A DNA stretch of 64,000 bases. Origin: Clostridia bacterium. Lineage in GTDB: Bacteria > Bacillota > Clostridia > Oscillospirales > CAG-272. The stretch lies in the NCBI GenBank assembly GCA_017416185.1, contig JAFQDF010000035.1:51521-115520 (forward strand), read 5' to 3'. The position numbers and the translations under genes were made by a program. Of the stretch, positions 52,854-62,128 are shown in pieces. Every line of letters starts with the position of its first letter. The first letter of the stretch is position 1. Under the pieces are notes generated by a model, which was not told the DNA's origin, searched no databases, and saw nothing but the letters and a program-made list of their open reading frames with translations.

Positions 52854-53289
52854 GCAGGATGTAGTTGAGGTCACCTCCGAGCTGAAAAAGCTTATTGTGA
52901 ACTCGGTAGCCGAGAGCTTAAAATACGAGGAATTTCCCGATAAATGCGAGGTTTCGGTTACCCTTGTGGATAACGAAGAGATCCATATATTAAACCGCGA
53001 ATACCGTGATGTGGACCGTCCCACCGACGTTCTGTCCTTTCCCATTTTTGACGAGGACGATATGGGCGGAAAAACAGTTCTCGGTGATATAGTTCTCTCC
53101 CTTGAAAGGGCAAGAGAGCAGGCCGAGGAGTTCGGACATTCCTTTGAACGTGAGGTTGCTTTTCTCACGGTACATTCAATGCTTCACCTTTTAGGCTACG
53201 ACCACGAGGAAGGAAAAGCCGCCGAGAGCGAAATGTTTTCACGTCAGGAAGCAATTTTATGCAAAATGGGTCTTGCACGAAATAAGTAA
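52816..53289 (+). CDS. ybeY: rRNA maturation RNase YbeY
   Basis: Zinc motif HSMLHLLGYDH and TDVLSFP. It overlaps the end of phoH by 38 nt, and no in-frame ATG lies further downstream. Confidence 0.9.
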   Translation: MRKNGHDIFIKNEQDVVEVTSELKKLIVNSVAESLKYEEFPDKCEVSVTLVDNEEIHILNREYRDVDRPTDVLSFPIFDEDDMGGKTVLGDIVLSLERAREQAEEFGHSFEREVAFLTVHSMLHLLGYDHEEGKAAESEMFSRQEAILCKMGLARNK

Positions 53290-53305
53290 ATATAGTATAA
53301 TATAT

Positions 53306-53495
53306 TGAATACACTTTGTGTATTCAGCTAAATTCGCTATGCGAGCTAAATGTGCAGAGCACGCTAAATTACTTCGTAGCTAAATTGACCTTCGGTCAGC
53401 TGATATGCGAATTTAATTTAGCTGTTTCACAGAAACAATTTAGCTATCACGCAAAGCGGGATAATTTAGCTTTGCACGTAAGGGCAAAATTTAGC
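53306..53495. repeat. hairpin-string palindromic element, copy B (AGCTAAATT / AATTTAGCT linkers)
   Basis: Lead hairpin TGAATACAC-tttg-TGTATTCA. Then 4 x GCTAAAT(T) linkers separated by mini-hairpins (TCGC/GCGA, GTGC/GCAC, TAC/GTA, TGACC/GGTCA). Centre AGCTGATATGCGAATTTAATTTAGCT. Then mini-hairpins separated by 3 further AATTTAGC(T) linkers. Confidence 0.85.
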
Positions 53496-53535
53496 CCAAC
53501 ATAAGATTTTTAAGATAATTGAGGACATATCGTTA

Positions 53536-54429
53536 ATGAAAAAAACAGGTTTTGTCGCAATAGTAGGTCGACCCAACGTAGGTAAATCCACATTGCTTAA
53601 CGCACTTTTGGGCGAAAAAATAGCTATCATATCAAAGAAGCCCCAGACCACCCGTAACCGTATAACAGGTATACTGACCCGAGGCGAAACACAGTTTGTT
53701 TTCCTTGACACTCCCGGTATGCATAACCCCAAGACAAAGCTGGGGGATTTTATGGTAAAGTCTGTTTCCTCTGCCATTGGCGACGTGGATGCGGCGATAC
53801 TTGTAGTCGAGGCGGGCGCAAAGCCCCACGCAATAGAGCTCGGATTGATAGAGAAGTTTAAAAAAACCGATATGCCCGCGCTTCTTGTTATCAACAAGAC
53901 GGATAAATCCGACGCAGGCAAGGTTGCCGAGACGATAAACGAATACGCACCTCTCTATGAGTTTTCCTCTGTAGTTCCGATCTCGGCGCTTAACAATGAC
54001 GGCGTTGATATCGTTCTTAACGAGACGGAGAGCTTTATGGAGGAGGGTGTATGGTTCTTCCCCGAGGATGCCATAACCGACCAGCCCGAACGTCAGATCG
54101 CGGCTGAGATAATCCGTGAGAAGATACTTCGTACCCTTGATGACGAGATACCCCACGGTACTGCGGTAGTTATAGAGGCGTTTGAAGAAAGCTCCAAGCT
54201 TATCAAAATAAGAGCCGAGATATTCTGCGAGAAGGCTTCTCACAAGGGTATCATCATCGGCAAGCACGGTGCGTCATTAAAGACTATCGGTTCCTATGCC
54301 CGTGAGGATATGGAGAAGTTCTTCGGCACCAAGGTATTCCTTGATCTCTGGGTCAAGGTAAAGGAGAACTGGAGAGACTCCAATTTCAATATAAGTAACT
54401 TCGGCTTCAAGGACGATATGGGAGAATAA
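53536..54429 (+). CDS. era: GTPase Era
   Basis: G1 GRPNVGKST, G3 DTPG, G4 NKTD and a C-terminal KH domain. Confidence 0.95.
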   Translation: MKKTGFVAIVGRPNVGKSTLLNALLGEKIAIISKKPQTTRNRITGILTRGETQFVFLDTPGMHNPKTKLGDFMVKSVSSAIGDVDAAILVVEAGAKPHAIELGLIEKFKKTDMPALLVINKTDKSDAGKVAETINEYAPLYEFSSVVPISALNNDGVDIVLNETESFMEEGVWFFPEDAITDQPERQIAAEIIREKILRTLDDEIPHGTAVVIEAFEESSKLIKIRAEIFCEKASHKGIIIGKHGASLKTIGSYAREDMEKFFGTKVFLDLWVKVKENWRDSNFNISNFGFKDDMGE

Positions 54430-54430
54430 A

Positions 54431-55213
54431 ATGCGTAAGACCTTTGAGGGGCTTATACTTTCCGAGACTGTTCTCAAGGAACGGGATAAGATACTTACTA
54501 TCCTGACTGCAGAGCGGGGTAAGGTTTCGGTCTATGCAAGAAATGTCCGCAGTCTGAAAAGAGGCAGTCTTGCATATACGATGCCGTTTCAGCATTGCCG
54601 TTTTGAAGTGGAGGAGCGTACAAGCGGTATGTCGCTTATTAACGGTGACGTGCTTCACTCCTTTTACGATATTACAAACGACCTCGCCGCATTTGCTCTC
54701 GGTCAGTATATACTTGACGTGACGAGAGAGCTTACGGTAGAAAATAATAACGAAGCGGATATGCTCCGTCTTACCCTTAATACTCTGTATCTTATTCAGA
54801 AGGGGGAAAGGTCCTTGCAGCATATCAAAGCGACCTTTGAGTTTCGGGCTATGGCGATATCGGGTTATATGCCCGAGCTTCACGGCTGTGATATCTGCGG
54901 CTGTGAGGACGGCGAGATGCTTTTTGACGTGATGAACGGCATCATCTACTGCCGCGAATGTCAGAAGATAAGAAATATGGGTGAGGCAAGACCCGAGGAT
55001 ACGGGAACGGCATCTATAGTTCTTCAGCTGACCCCGTCGATATTAAAGGGACTTCGCTACGTCCTCTCCGCTGAGCCTAACAGAGTTTTTTCCTACTCTA
55101 TAGCCGAGGACGAGCAGGCAGATTTTTCAGAGGTCTGCGAAAAATATATTATAAATCATCTTGAAAGGGGATTTACCACCCTGGACTTCTATCACGAAGT
55201 CGCAAATATGTGA
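54431..55213 (+). CDS. recO: DNA repair protein RecO
   Basis: OB-fold N-terminus and zinc motif CDICG...CRECQ. Synteny is era-recO. Confidence 0.9.
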   Translation: MRKTFEGLILSETVLKERDKILTILTAERGKVSVYARNVRSLKRGSLAYTMPFQHCRFEVEERTSGMSLINGDVLHSFYDITNDLAAFALGQYILDVTRELTVENNNEADMLRLTLNTLYLIQKGERSLQHIKATFEFRAMAISGYMPELHGCDICGCEDGEMLFDVMNGIIYCRECQKIRNMGEARPEDTGTASIVLQLTPSILKGLRYVLSAEPNRVFSYSIAEDEQADFSEVCEKYIINHLERGFTTLDFYHEVANM

Positions 55214-55215
55214 AA

Positions 55216-57606
55216 ATGTCAGAATATACAAAAGCAATAAAAACCTTAGAATTTCATAAGATCAGGGAAATGCTTCGGGATATCGCTCCCACCGATGGAG
55301 CAAGAAGTCTTGCTATGGAAATAGAACCCTCCCACGAGGTCTATACGGTAAGAAGAATGCTTCTGTCTACCTCGGATGCCAAGCGCCTTATAGACGAAAA
55401 GGGTATGCCTCCCTTCGGTGATATCAAGGATATCCGTGATTCTATAGAGCGTGCGGTGAAGGGTGCGAGCCTTAACACGGTAGAGCTTATCCGTATAGCT
55501 GAGGTGCTTGCAAGTGCCAGACGCTTACAGGAGTATATCGACTCCAACAAGCGTTTTGAGACTATCCTTGATGAAGCCTTCTATCTTCTCAGCCCCAACA
55601 AGGCGCTTGAGGACAGGATAAGAAAGGTGATAATAACAGCGGATATGATAGCAGACGATGCATCTCCCGAGCTAAGTGACATCCGCCGTAAGATAAGAAA
55701 CACCAACAACAAAATAAAAGAAACACTTTCCAAATATACAGGCGGACAGTATGCCAAATATCTGCAGGAGAATATAGTCACCCAGCGTGACGGCAGATAC
55801 GTTGTTCCCGTCAAGATCGAGTACAAGAACGAGATAAAGGGTCTTGTACACGACACCTCTGCTTCGGGCGCCACCCTCTTTATTGAGCCTATGGCGGTGG
55901 TCGAATCAAACAACACCCTTCGTGAGCTTGAATCGGCTGAGAAGCACGAGATAGAGCGTATACTTGCCATACTTTCAAGCGAATGTGCAAACAATTCGCA
56001 GGAGATAATGGCAAACTACGATAACATAACCGATCTTGCACTTTACTTCACTATGGGTAAGCTGTCGGTGAATATGGATGGTTGTATGCCGACGATAAAT
56101 GAGGACGGCGAGTATAATCTCATTAAGGCAAAGCATCCTCTGCTTGACCCCAAAAAGGCGGTTGCTATCAATGTAGCCGTTGGCGGTAAGTATGACACCC
56201 TTGTGGTAACAGGCCCCAACACAGGCGGTAAGACCGTAACTCTTAAAACTCTCGGTCTTTTTGCCATAATGCTTCAGTGCGGACTCCACGTTCCCTGTGA
56301 TCCCCAGTCCACAGCCTGCGTTTTTGACAAGGTTCTGTGTGATATCGGTGACGAGCAGAGTATAGAGCAGTCGCTTTCTACCTTCTCGGCTCATATGGTC
56401 AATACCGTTGAGATAATAAAGCAGGCAGGTAAGGGAAGTCTTGTACTCTTTGACGAGCTTGGTGCAGGCACCGACCCTGTAGAGGGTGCGGCATTGGCTG
56501 TTTCCATACTTGAAAAGATAAGAGAAAAGGGTGCTTTGTGTGCGGCAACGACCCACTATGCCGAGCTTAAGGTATACGCCCTTGATACAGAGGGTGTATG
56601 TAACGCCTCCTGCGAATTTGATATAGAGACCCTGCGTCCCACCTACAGGCTTATTACCGGTACACCGGGTAAGTCAAACGCCTTTGCAATTTCGAGAAAA
56701 TTGGGCTTGCCCGAGGATATAATCGACCGTGCAGGCAGCTACGTGGCAAGCGATAACAAGCGCTTTGAAATAGTTATCGAAAAGCTTGAGGCTACCCGTA
56801 TCGAGATGGAGCGCGAACGTGATAAGGCAAGAAGCCTTAAAAACGAATACGAAAACTTCAAGCGCAATGCCGAAAAGAAGATGCGTGCCAGACTTGAAGA
56901 AAGCGAAAAGCAGATAGAAAAGGCAGAGGCGAAGGCTCAGGCTATGATAGCATCTGCAAGAGCTTCAAGCGACTTTGTTTTCCGTGAGCTTGAAAAGGTC
57001 AAGAAGCAACGCGACAGCGAGAGACTTGCAGAGGGGTTGGAGGAAGCAAGAGCCAATATCAGAAAGCGCCTCCGCGATGCAGACGATAAGGCGAACCCCG
57101 TAATAGACAGAGCAAACGAAGGCTATAAGCTTCCCCGTAAGCTCAAGAAGGGAGACCTTGTCCGCATAGTAAACATCGACCGTGAGGGTATAGTTGCAGA
57201 GGAGCCCAAGGGTGACGGCAATATATCGGTGCGTATCGGTCAGATGATAACCAAGACCAAGGAAAAGAACCTTATGCTTGTGGGTGACGGTGCGATATCG
57301 GTCACCACCAAGGATAACAAAAAGGTCACCACAGGCAGTTTTGCAAAGACCGTATCAAGCAGCTTCAAGCCGGAGTTAGACCTTCGCGGTATGAACGGCG
57401 AGGATGCCTGGTATATGGTTGACAAGTATCTTGACGATGCCCTGCTTTCGGGAGTCAAGATAGTAACACTTATCCACGGCAAGGGAACAGGCAAGCTTAA
57501 AGCGGCACTTAAGCCCTTACTCAAAAAAGACCGCAGAATATCAACCTTCCGTGAAGGAATGTACGGCGAGGGAGACGGCGGCGTAACTATTGTAGAATTA
57601 AAATAA
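55216..57606 (+). CDS. mutS2: endonuclease MutS2 (MutS domain + C-terminal Smr)
   Basis: ..KTLEFHKIREML.., Walker A GPNTGGKT and the Smr domain LDLRGMNGEDA...HGKGTGKLK. ATG at 55216 is preferred, and GTG at 55210 (ORF track) is an alternative. Confidence 0.9.
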   Translation: MSEYTKAIKTLEFHKIREMLRDIAPTDGARSLAMEIEPSHEVYTVRRMLLSTSDAKRLIDEKGMPPFGDIKDIRDSIERAVKGASLNTVELIRIAEVLASARRLQEYIDSNKRFETILDEAFYLLSPNKALEDRIRKVIITADMIADDASPELSDIRRKIRNTNNKIKETLSKYTGGQYAKYLQENIVTQRDGRYVVPVKIEYKNEIKGLVHDTSASGATLFIEPMAVVESNNTLRELESAEKHEIERILAILSSECANNSQEIMANYDNITDLALYFTMGKLSVNMDGCMPTINEDGEYNLIKAKHPLLDPKKAVAINVAVGGKYDTLVVTGPNTGGKTVTLKTLGLFAIMLQCGLHVPCDPQSTACVFDKVLCDIGDEQSIEQSLSTFSAHMVNTVEIIKQAGKGSLVLFDELGAGTDPVEGAALAVSILEKIREKGALCAATTHYAELKVYALDTEGVCNASCEFDIETLRPTYRLITGTPGKSNAFAISRKLGLPEDIIDRAGSYVASDNKRFEIVIEKLEATRIEMERERDKARSLKNEYENFKRNAEKKMRARLEESEKQIEKAEAKAQAMIASARASSDFVFRELEKVKKQRDSERLAEGLEEARANIRKRLRDADDKANPVIDRANEGYKLPRKLKKGDLVRIVNIDREGIVAEEPKGDGNISVRIGQMITKTKEKNLMLVGDGAISVTTKDNKKVTTGSFAKTVSSSFKPELDLRGMNGEDAWYMVDKYLDDALLSGVKIVTLIHGKGTGKLKAALKPLLKKDRRISTFREGMYGEGDGGVTIVELK

Positions 57607-57624
57607 CACATAGAGGAAACAGAT

Positions 57625-58410
57625 ATGGAAAAGATGAAATTCGGTGTACAGATATATACCATACGTGATTATCTGACTACCACACCTCTCTTTGAAAGAT
57701 CCATCCGTAAGATCGCGGATATGGGTTATAAGTATTTTCAGCTCTCCGGTGAGGGCGAGGGTGTTACCACACCCAAGAGACTTCGTGAGCTTATGGACGA
57801 AACAGGACTTGTCTGCGGACTTACCCATTGGGATGATAAGGAGATAGTCGGCAATACCGAGAAGTGTATCGAGGATCACGACATTATGGGTGTAAACGGT
57901 ATCGGTATCGGAGGTATGCCCGGCGAGTTCAGAAACTACGAGGGCTACAGCCGCTTTATAGAGAAGTATTCTCCCGCAGTTGAGAAGATACACAAGGCAG
58001 GCAAGAGCTTCTGCTATCATAATCATTGGTTTGAGTTTGAGCGCTTTGAAAACGGCAAGACAGGTCTTGAAATGCTTCTCGAGGGTATGCCCGAGGGCTT
58101 CAAGTTTACCTTTGATACCGCCTGGGCGCAGATAGCAGGTATAGACTGTGCCGCATTTATTCGTAAATATAAGGACCGCATTTTTGCAACTCACTTCAAG
58201 GATCTCACCGTGGTTGACAACAACCTTCAGGTAACCGAGCTTCTCACCGGTAATATGAACTTTGACGCTATCGTTGAGGCCTGTGCTGAAGCTGGTATCG
58301 AGTGGAACTTTGTTGAGCAGGATACCGTAAGAAGATATAATCTCTATGATTCCATCAAGGTCAGCCTTGACAATATTATGGGAAGATACGGCGATTACTT
58401 CTTGCAATAA
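57625..58410 (+). CDS. sugar phosphate isomerase/epimerase (xylose isomerase-like TIM barrel) 1
   Basis: 261 aa. The N-terminus FGVQIYTIRD and the pattern of conserved H/D/E residues (YHNHWFEFE, TFDTAW, EQD) fit the AP-endonuclease-2/xylose-isomerase-like fold. It lies 18 nt after mutS2 with no terminator between them. Confidence 0.7.
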   Translation: MEKMKFGVQIYTIRDYLTTTPLFERSIRKIADMGYKYFQLSGEGEGVTTPKRLRELMDETGLVCGLTHWDDKEIVGNTEKCIEDHDIMGVNGIGIGGMPGEFRNYEGYSRFIEKYSPAVEKIHKAGKSFCYHNHWFEFERFENGKTGLEMLLEGMPEGFKFTFDTAWAQIAGIDCAAFIRKYKDRIFATHFKDLTVVDNNLQVTELLTGNMNFDAIVEACAEAGIEWNFVEQDTVRRYNLYDSIKVSLDNIMGRYGDYFLQ

Positions 58411-58420
58411 GGTTGAAAAT

Positions 58421-59269
58421 ATGGTAGAATTTAAGTTAAGCGCATTCGCGGACGAATACAGTCCCGAAATTGACAAGCAGATAGAGTGGTTATCAGCCAA
58501 CGGTCTAGGGCTTCTCGAGATAAGAGGAGTAGACGGCACACCCGTAGCCGACATAACCCTTGACAAGGCAAGAGAGGTCAAGGCAAAGCTTGACAGAGCG
58601 GGTATAGCTATCTCCGCTGTAGGCTCTCCTGCCGGTAAAATAAACATTAAGGATGACTTTGACAAGCACCTTGAGCAGTTCAGACATCTTATAGAGATAG
58701 CACATATACTTGAAGCAAAAAGAATGCGTATCTTCAGCTTCTTTATGCCTGAGGGCGAGGACGTGTCACTTTACCGCGACGAAGTGGTAAGACGTCTTAA
58801 TGTTATGTGTGATATTGCAGAGGAAGAGGGAATAACTCTCTGTCACGAAAACGAAAAGCAGATATACGGCGAAACGCCCGAGCGTTGCCGTGAGCTTTAT
58901 GAAGCTACAGGCGGCAGAATGAAGTGTGTTTTTGACCACGCAAACTTCATTTCCTGCGATATAGAGCCTTTTCCTTATGCTTATAACATAGTCAAGGACA
59001 CCCTTTGCTATATGCATATAAAGGACGCAAATGCAGAGAAGGAAATGGTTGTAGCAGGTGAGGGAATAGGCAATATACCCGAAACACTTGCCACAGTTAA
59101 AAATGACTTTGAGGGCGAGTTCGTTCTTACTCTTGAGCCTCATCTTATCGAGTTTGACGGTCTTAAGGGACTTGAAAGCGAGGGCCACACCTCAAACGTA
59201 GGTAACAAATACAAAAACACAGACGAAGCATTTGCGGATGCTCTGTCTTCACTTAAAAAATATTTATAA
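58421..59269 (+). CDS. sugar phosphate isomerase/epimerase (xylose isomerase-like TIM barrel) 2
   Basis: 282 aa starting at the ATG at 58421 (MVEFKLSAFADEY...). CHENEKQIYG, FDHANF, HIKDA and TLEPHL metal-ligand pattern. Confidence 0.7.
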   Translation: MVEFKLSAFADEYSPEIDKQIEWLSANGLGLLEIRGVDGTPVADITLDKAREVKAKLDRAGIAISAVGSPAGKINIKDDFDKHLEQFRHLIEIAHILEAKRMRIFSFFMPEGEDVSLYRDEVVRRLNVMCDIAEEEGITLCHENEKQIYGETPERCRELYEATGGRMKCVFDHANFISCDIEPFPYAYNIVKDTLCYMHIKDANAEKEMVVAGEGIGNIPETLATVKNDFEGEFVLTLEPHLIEFDGLKGLESEGHTSNVGNKYKNTDEAFADALSSLKKYL

Positions 59270-59292
59270 TAACATACAGGGGGAACAATAAA

Positions 59293-60765
59293 ATGGCAGA
59301 TTTTAAAATGTTAGCCATCGACCTCGGCGCCTCCAGCGGCAGAGGTATCGTAGGTCGTTTTGACGGCAAAAAGCTTTCTCTTGAAGAGAACCACCGTTTT
59401 GATAACGATCCCGTAATTGCGGCAGGCACCTTCTACTGGGACATCCTTCGCATATTCTTCGAGATCAAGAATTCTATCCGTAAGTGTGCGCTTTCCGAGG
59501 ACAAGGATATCGCCTCCATCGGTATCGACACCTGGGGCGTTGACTTCGGTCTTCTTGACAAAGAGGGCAAGCTTATGGGCAATCCCGTTCATTATCGTGA
59601 TGCACGTACTATGGACTTTGAAAACTGGGCTTTCAATAAGCTCTCAAAGGAGCAGATCTTTGAAAAGACAGGTATCGCTCACGTAAACTTCAACAGCGTA
59701 TTCCAGCTTATGTCTGCGCTTCGCACCAATCCCAATGCTTTTGATGCGGCAGACAAGCTTCTCTTTATACCCGACCTTCTCAACTACTTCCTTACAGGTC
59801 AGGCAAAGACCGAGTACACCGTAGCTTCCACCGGCGGTCTTCTTGACGTTAAGACCAGAAACTGGGCTATGGATATGATAGCTGAGCTTGGTATTCCCAC
59901 AAATATGTTTACCGATATCGCACAGCCCGGTACAGTGCTCGGCAAGCTCCTTCCTCAGATCAGCGAGGACACAGGCATCTATGATGCAAACGTAGTTCAC
60001 GTTGCGGCTCACGATACTGCAAGTGCAGTTGTATCCGTTCCCGCAAAGGGCGAGGACTTTATCTACATAAGCTCGGGTACATGGTCTCTTATGGGTATGG
60101 AGCTTAACGAGCCTAACCCCACCGTTGAGGCTATGAACTGCGGCTTTACAAACGAGGGCGGTACTAACGGCAAGATCAGATTCCTTCGTAACATTATGGG
60201 TCTCTGGCTTGAGCAGGAGTCAAAGCGTCAGTGGGCGCGTGAGGGTGAAAAGACCACCTACGATCAGCTTTCCGATATGGCTATGGCAAGCGAAGCGCAT
60301 AAGTGCTTCATCAACCCCGACGATCCTTCCTTTATGGCGCCCGGCAACCTTCCCAAGAGAGTTGCAGAGTTTTGTGAAAAGACAGGTCAGTACGTTCCCC
60401 AGACCAAGGGTGAGATCATCCGTTGCATCTTTGAGTCCCTTGCTCTTAAGTACCGTTGGACAGTAGAGAATATGGATGCTATGATGGGCAAGTATACTCC
60501 CTTCATCAACATTGTCGGCGGCGGTACCAAGGAAGGTCCTCTCTGCCAGTTTACCGCTGATGCTTGCAAGCGCCCCGTATACGCAGGTCCTACAGAGGCA
60601 ACCTCTATCGGTAACCTTCTCGTTCAGCTTATGGCAGCAGGCAAGGTTGCAAACCTTGACGAGGCAAGACAGGTAGTACGTGACTCCTTCGAGATCAAGT
60701 GCTACGAGCCCAAGGACGCTGACAAGTGGGATGCGGCTTACGAGCGCTTCCTCAAGCTTCTTTAA
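59293..60765 (+). CDS. rhaB: rhamnulokinase (FGGY family)
   Basis: LAIDLGASSGRGIVG, GIDTWGVDFGLLD and the GGG..N C-terminal FGGY motif. It lies immediately upstream of rhaA. Confidence 0.85.
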   Translation: MADFKMLAIDLGASSGRGIVGRFDGKKLSLEENHRFDNDPVIAAGTFYWDILRIFFEIKNSIRKCALSEDKDIASIGIDTWGVDFGLLDKEGKLMGNPVHYRDARTMDFENWAFNKLSKEQIFEKTGIAHVNFNSVFQLMSALRTNPNAFDAADKLLFIPDLLNYFLTGQAKTEYTVASTGGLLDVKTRNWAMDMIAELGIPTNMFTDIAQPGTVLGKLLPQISEDTGIYDANVVHVAAHDTASAVVSVPAKGEDFIYISSGTWSLMGMELNEPNPTVEAMNCGFTNEGGTNGKIRFLRNIMGLWLEQESKRQWAREGEKTTYDQLSDMAMASEAHKCFINPDDPSFMAPGNLPKRVAEFCEKTGQYVPQTKGEIIRCIFESLALKYRWTVENMDAMMGKYTPFINIVGGGTKEGPLCQFTADACKRPVYAGPTEATSIGNLLVQLMAAGKVANLDEARQVVRDSFEIKCYEPKDADKWDAAYERFLKLL

Positions 60766-60843
60766 TTCGTAAATAAAGGAAGATTTTTGTCCCTTGCGGA
60801 CAAAAATCCTCCATAATTTTGAATTTTGCATTTTGCATTAAAT
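60766..60843. repeat. minimal core-plus-7-mer element, copy H
   Basis: It starts directly after the rhaB TAA: TTCGTAAATAAAGGAA, hairpin GATTTTTGTCC-cttgc-GGACAAAAATC, then CTCCATAATT TTGAATT TTGCATT TTGCATT A. Confidence 0.8.
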
Positions 60844-60871
60844 ACAAAATATATTTTGGAGGATTACATAT

Positions 60872-62128
60872 ATGATCAACAAGAGCTATGAATTAGCAAA
60901 AGAGATCTATGCGGCACAGGGTATTGATACCGATGCTGCGATCGCTAAGCTTAAGAACATTCCCGTTTCACTTCACTGCTGGCAGGGTGACGACGTTATC
61001 GGCTTTGACCACGACGGCCCCCTTAACGGCGGTATCCAGACCACAGGTAACTATCCCGGCAAGGCAACCACTCCCGAACAGCTTATGGCTGATATGGACA
61101 AGGTTCTTTCCCTCTGTCCCGGTACCAAGAAGATCAACGTTCACGCTTGCTACGCTATCTTTGAGGACGGCAAGTTCGTAGACCGCGATAAGCTCGAGCC
61201 AAAGCATTTCGCTAAGTGGGTAGAGTTTGCAAAGGCACACGGCTGCGGTCTTGACTTCAACCCCACCTTCTTCTCCCATCCTATGCAGAATGACGGTCTT
61301 ACCCTTTCCAGCCCCGATGAGAACGTAAGAAAGTTCTGGGTAGAGCACGGTAAGGCTTGTATCCGCATTTCCGAGTATTTCGCAAAGGAAACAGGTATGC
61401 CCTGTGTTATGAACATCTGGATCGGCGACGGCTTCAAGGATATTCCCGCTGACCGTATGGGTCCCAGAATGAGATATAAGCAGTCTATCGAGGAGATCCT
61501 CTCCGAGCCTTATGACTTCAACCTCGTTAAGCCCTGCGTTGAGTCCAAGGTATTCGGTATCGGTGTTGAGTCTTACACTGCAGGCTCTGCAGAGTTCGCT
61601 CTCTCCGTTGTTGCGGCAAATGCCGATAAGTGCATTCCCCTTATGGACAACGGTCACTACCATCCCACCGAGGTCGTTTCCGACAAGATCCCCGCACTTC
61701 TTTGCTTCTTCCCCGAGATCGCACTCCACATCACCCGTGGTGTTCGTTGGGACTCCGACCACGTTGTTCTCTTTGACGACGAGACCAAGGAAATGGCAAA
61801 GGAGATCGTTCGTTGCGACGCTCTTGACCGTGCATACATGGCTCTTGACTACTTTGATGCTTCCATCAACCGTATCTCCGCTTGGACCACAGGCTTCAGA
61901 AGCTGGCAGAAGGCTCTGCTTGCGGCTATATGTACTCCCAACGCAGCTCTCAAGGAGCTTCAGAATGCAGGCAACTTCACCAAGCTTATGGTTATGCAGG
62001 AAGAGGCTAAGATGCTTCCCTTCGGCGCAGTATGGGCTAAGTACTGTGAGGAATGCGGCGTAGCAGGCGACGCTTCCTGGTTTGACGAAGTAGAGAAGTA
62101 CGAAACTGAGGTACTTTCTAAGAGATGA
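60872..62128 (+). CDS. rhaA: L-rhamnose isomerase
   Basis: 418 aa. SLHCWQGDDV, HYHPTE and WDSDHVV motifs of RhaA. Confidence 0.9.
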   Translation: MINKSYELAKEIYAAQGIDTDAAIAKLKNIPVSLHCWQGDDVIGFDHDGPLNGGIQTTGNYPGKATTPEQLMADMDKVLSLCPGTKKINVHACYAIFEDGKFVDRDKLEPKHFAKWVEFAKAHGCGLDFNPTFFSHPMQNDGLTLSSPDENVRKFWVEHGKACIRISEYFAKETGMPCVMNIWIGDGFKDIPADRMGPRMRYKQSIEEILSEPYDFNLVKPCVESKVFGIGVESYTAGSAEFALSVVAANADKCIPLMDNGHYHPTEVVSDKIPALLCFFPEIALHITRGVRWDSDHVVLFDDETKEMAKEIVRCDALDRAYMALDYFDASINRISAWTTGFRSWQKALLAAICTPNAALKELQNAGNFTKLMVMQEEAKMLPFGAVWAKYCEECGVAGDASWFDEVEKYETEVLSKR

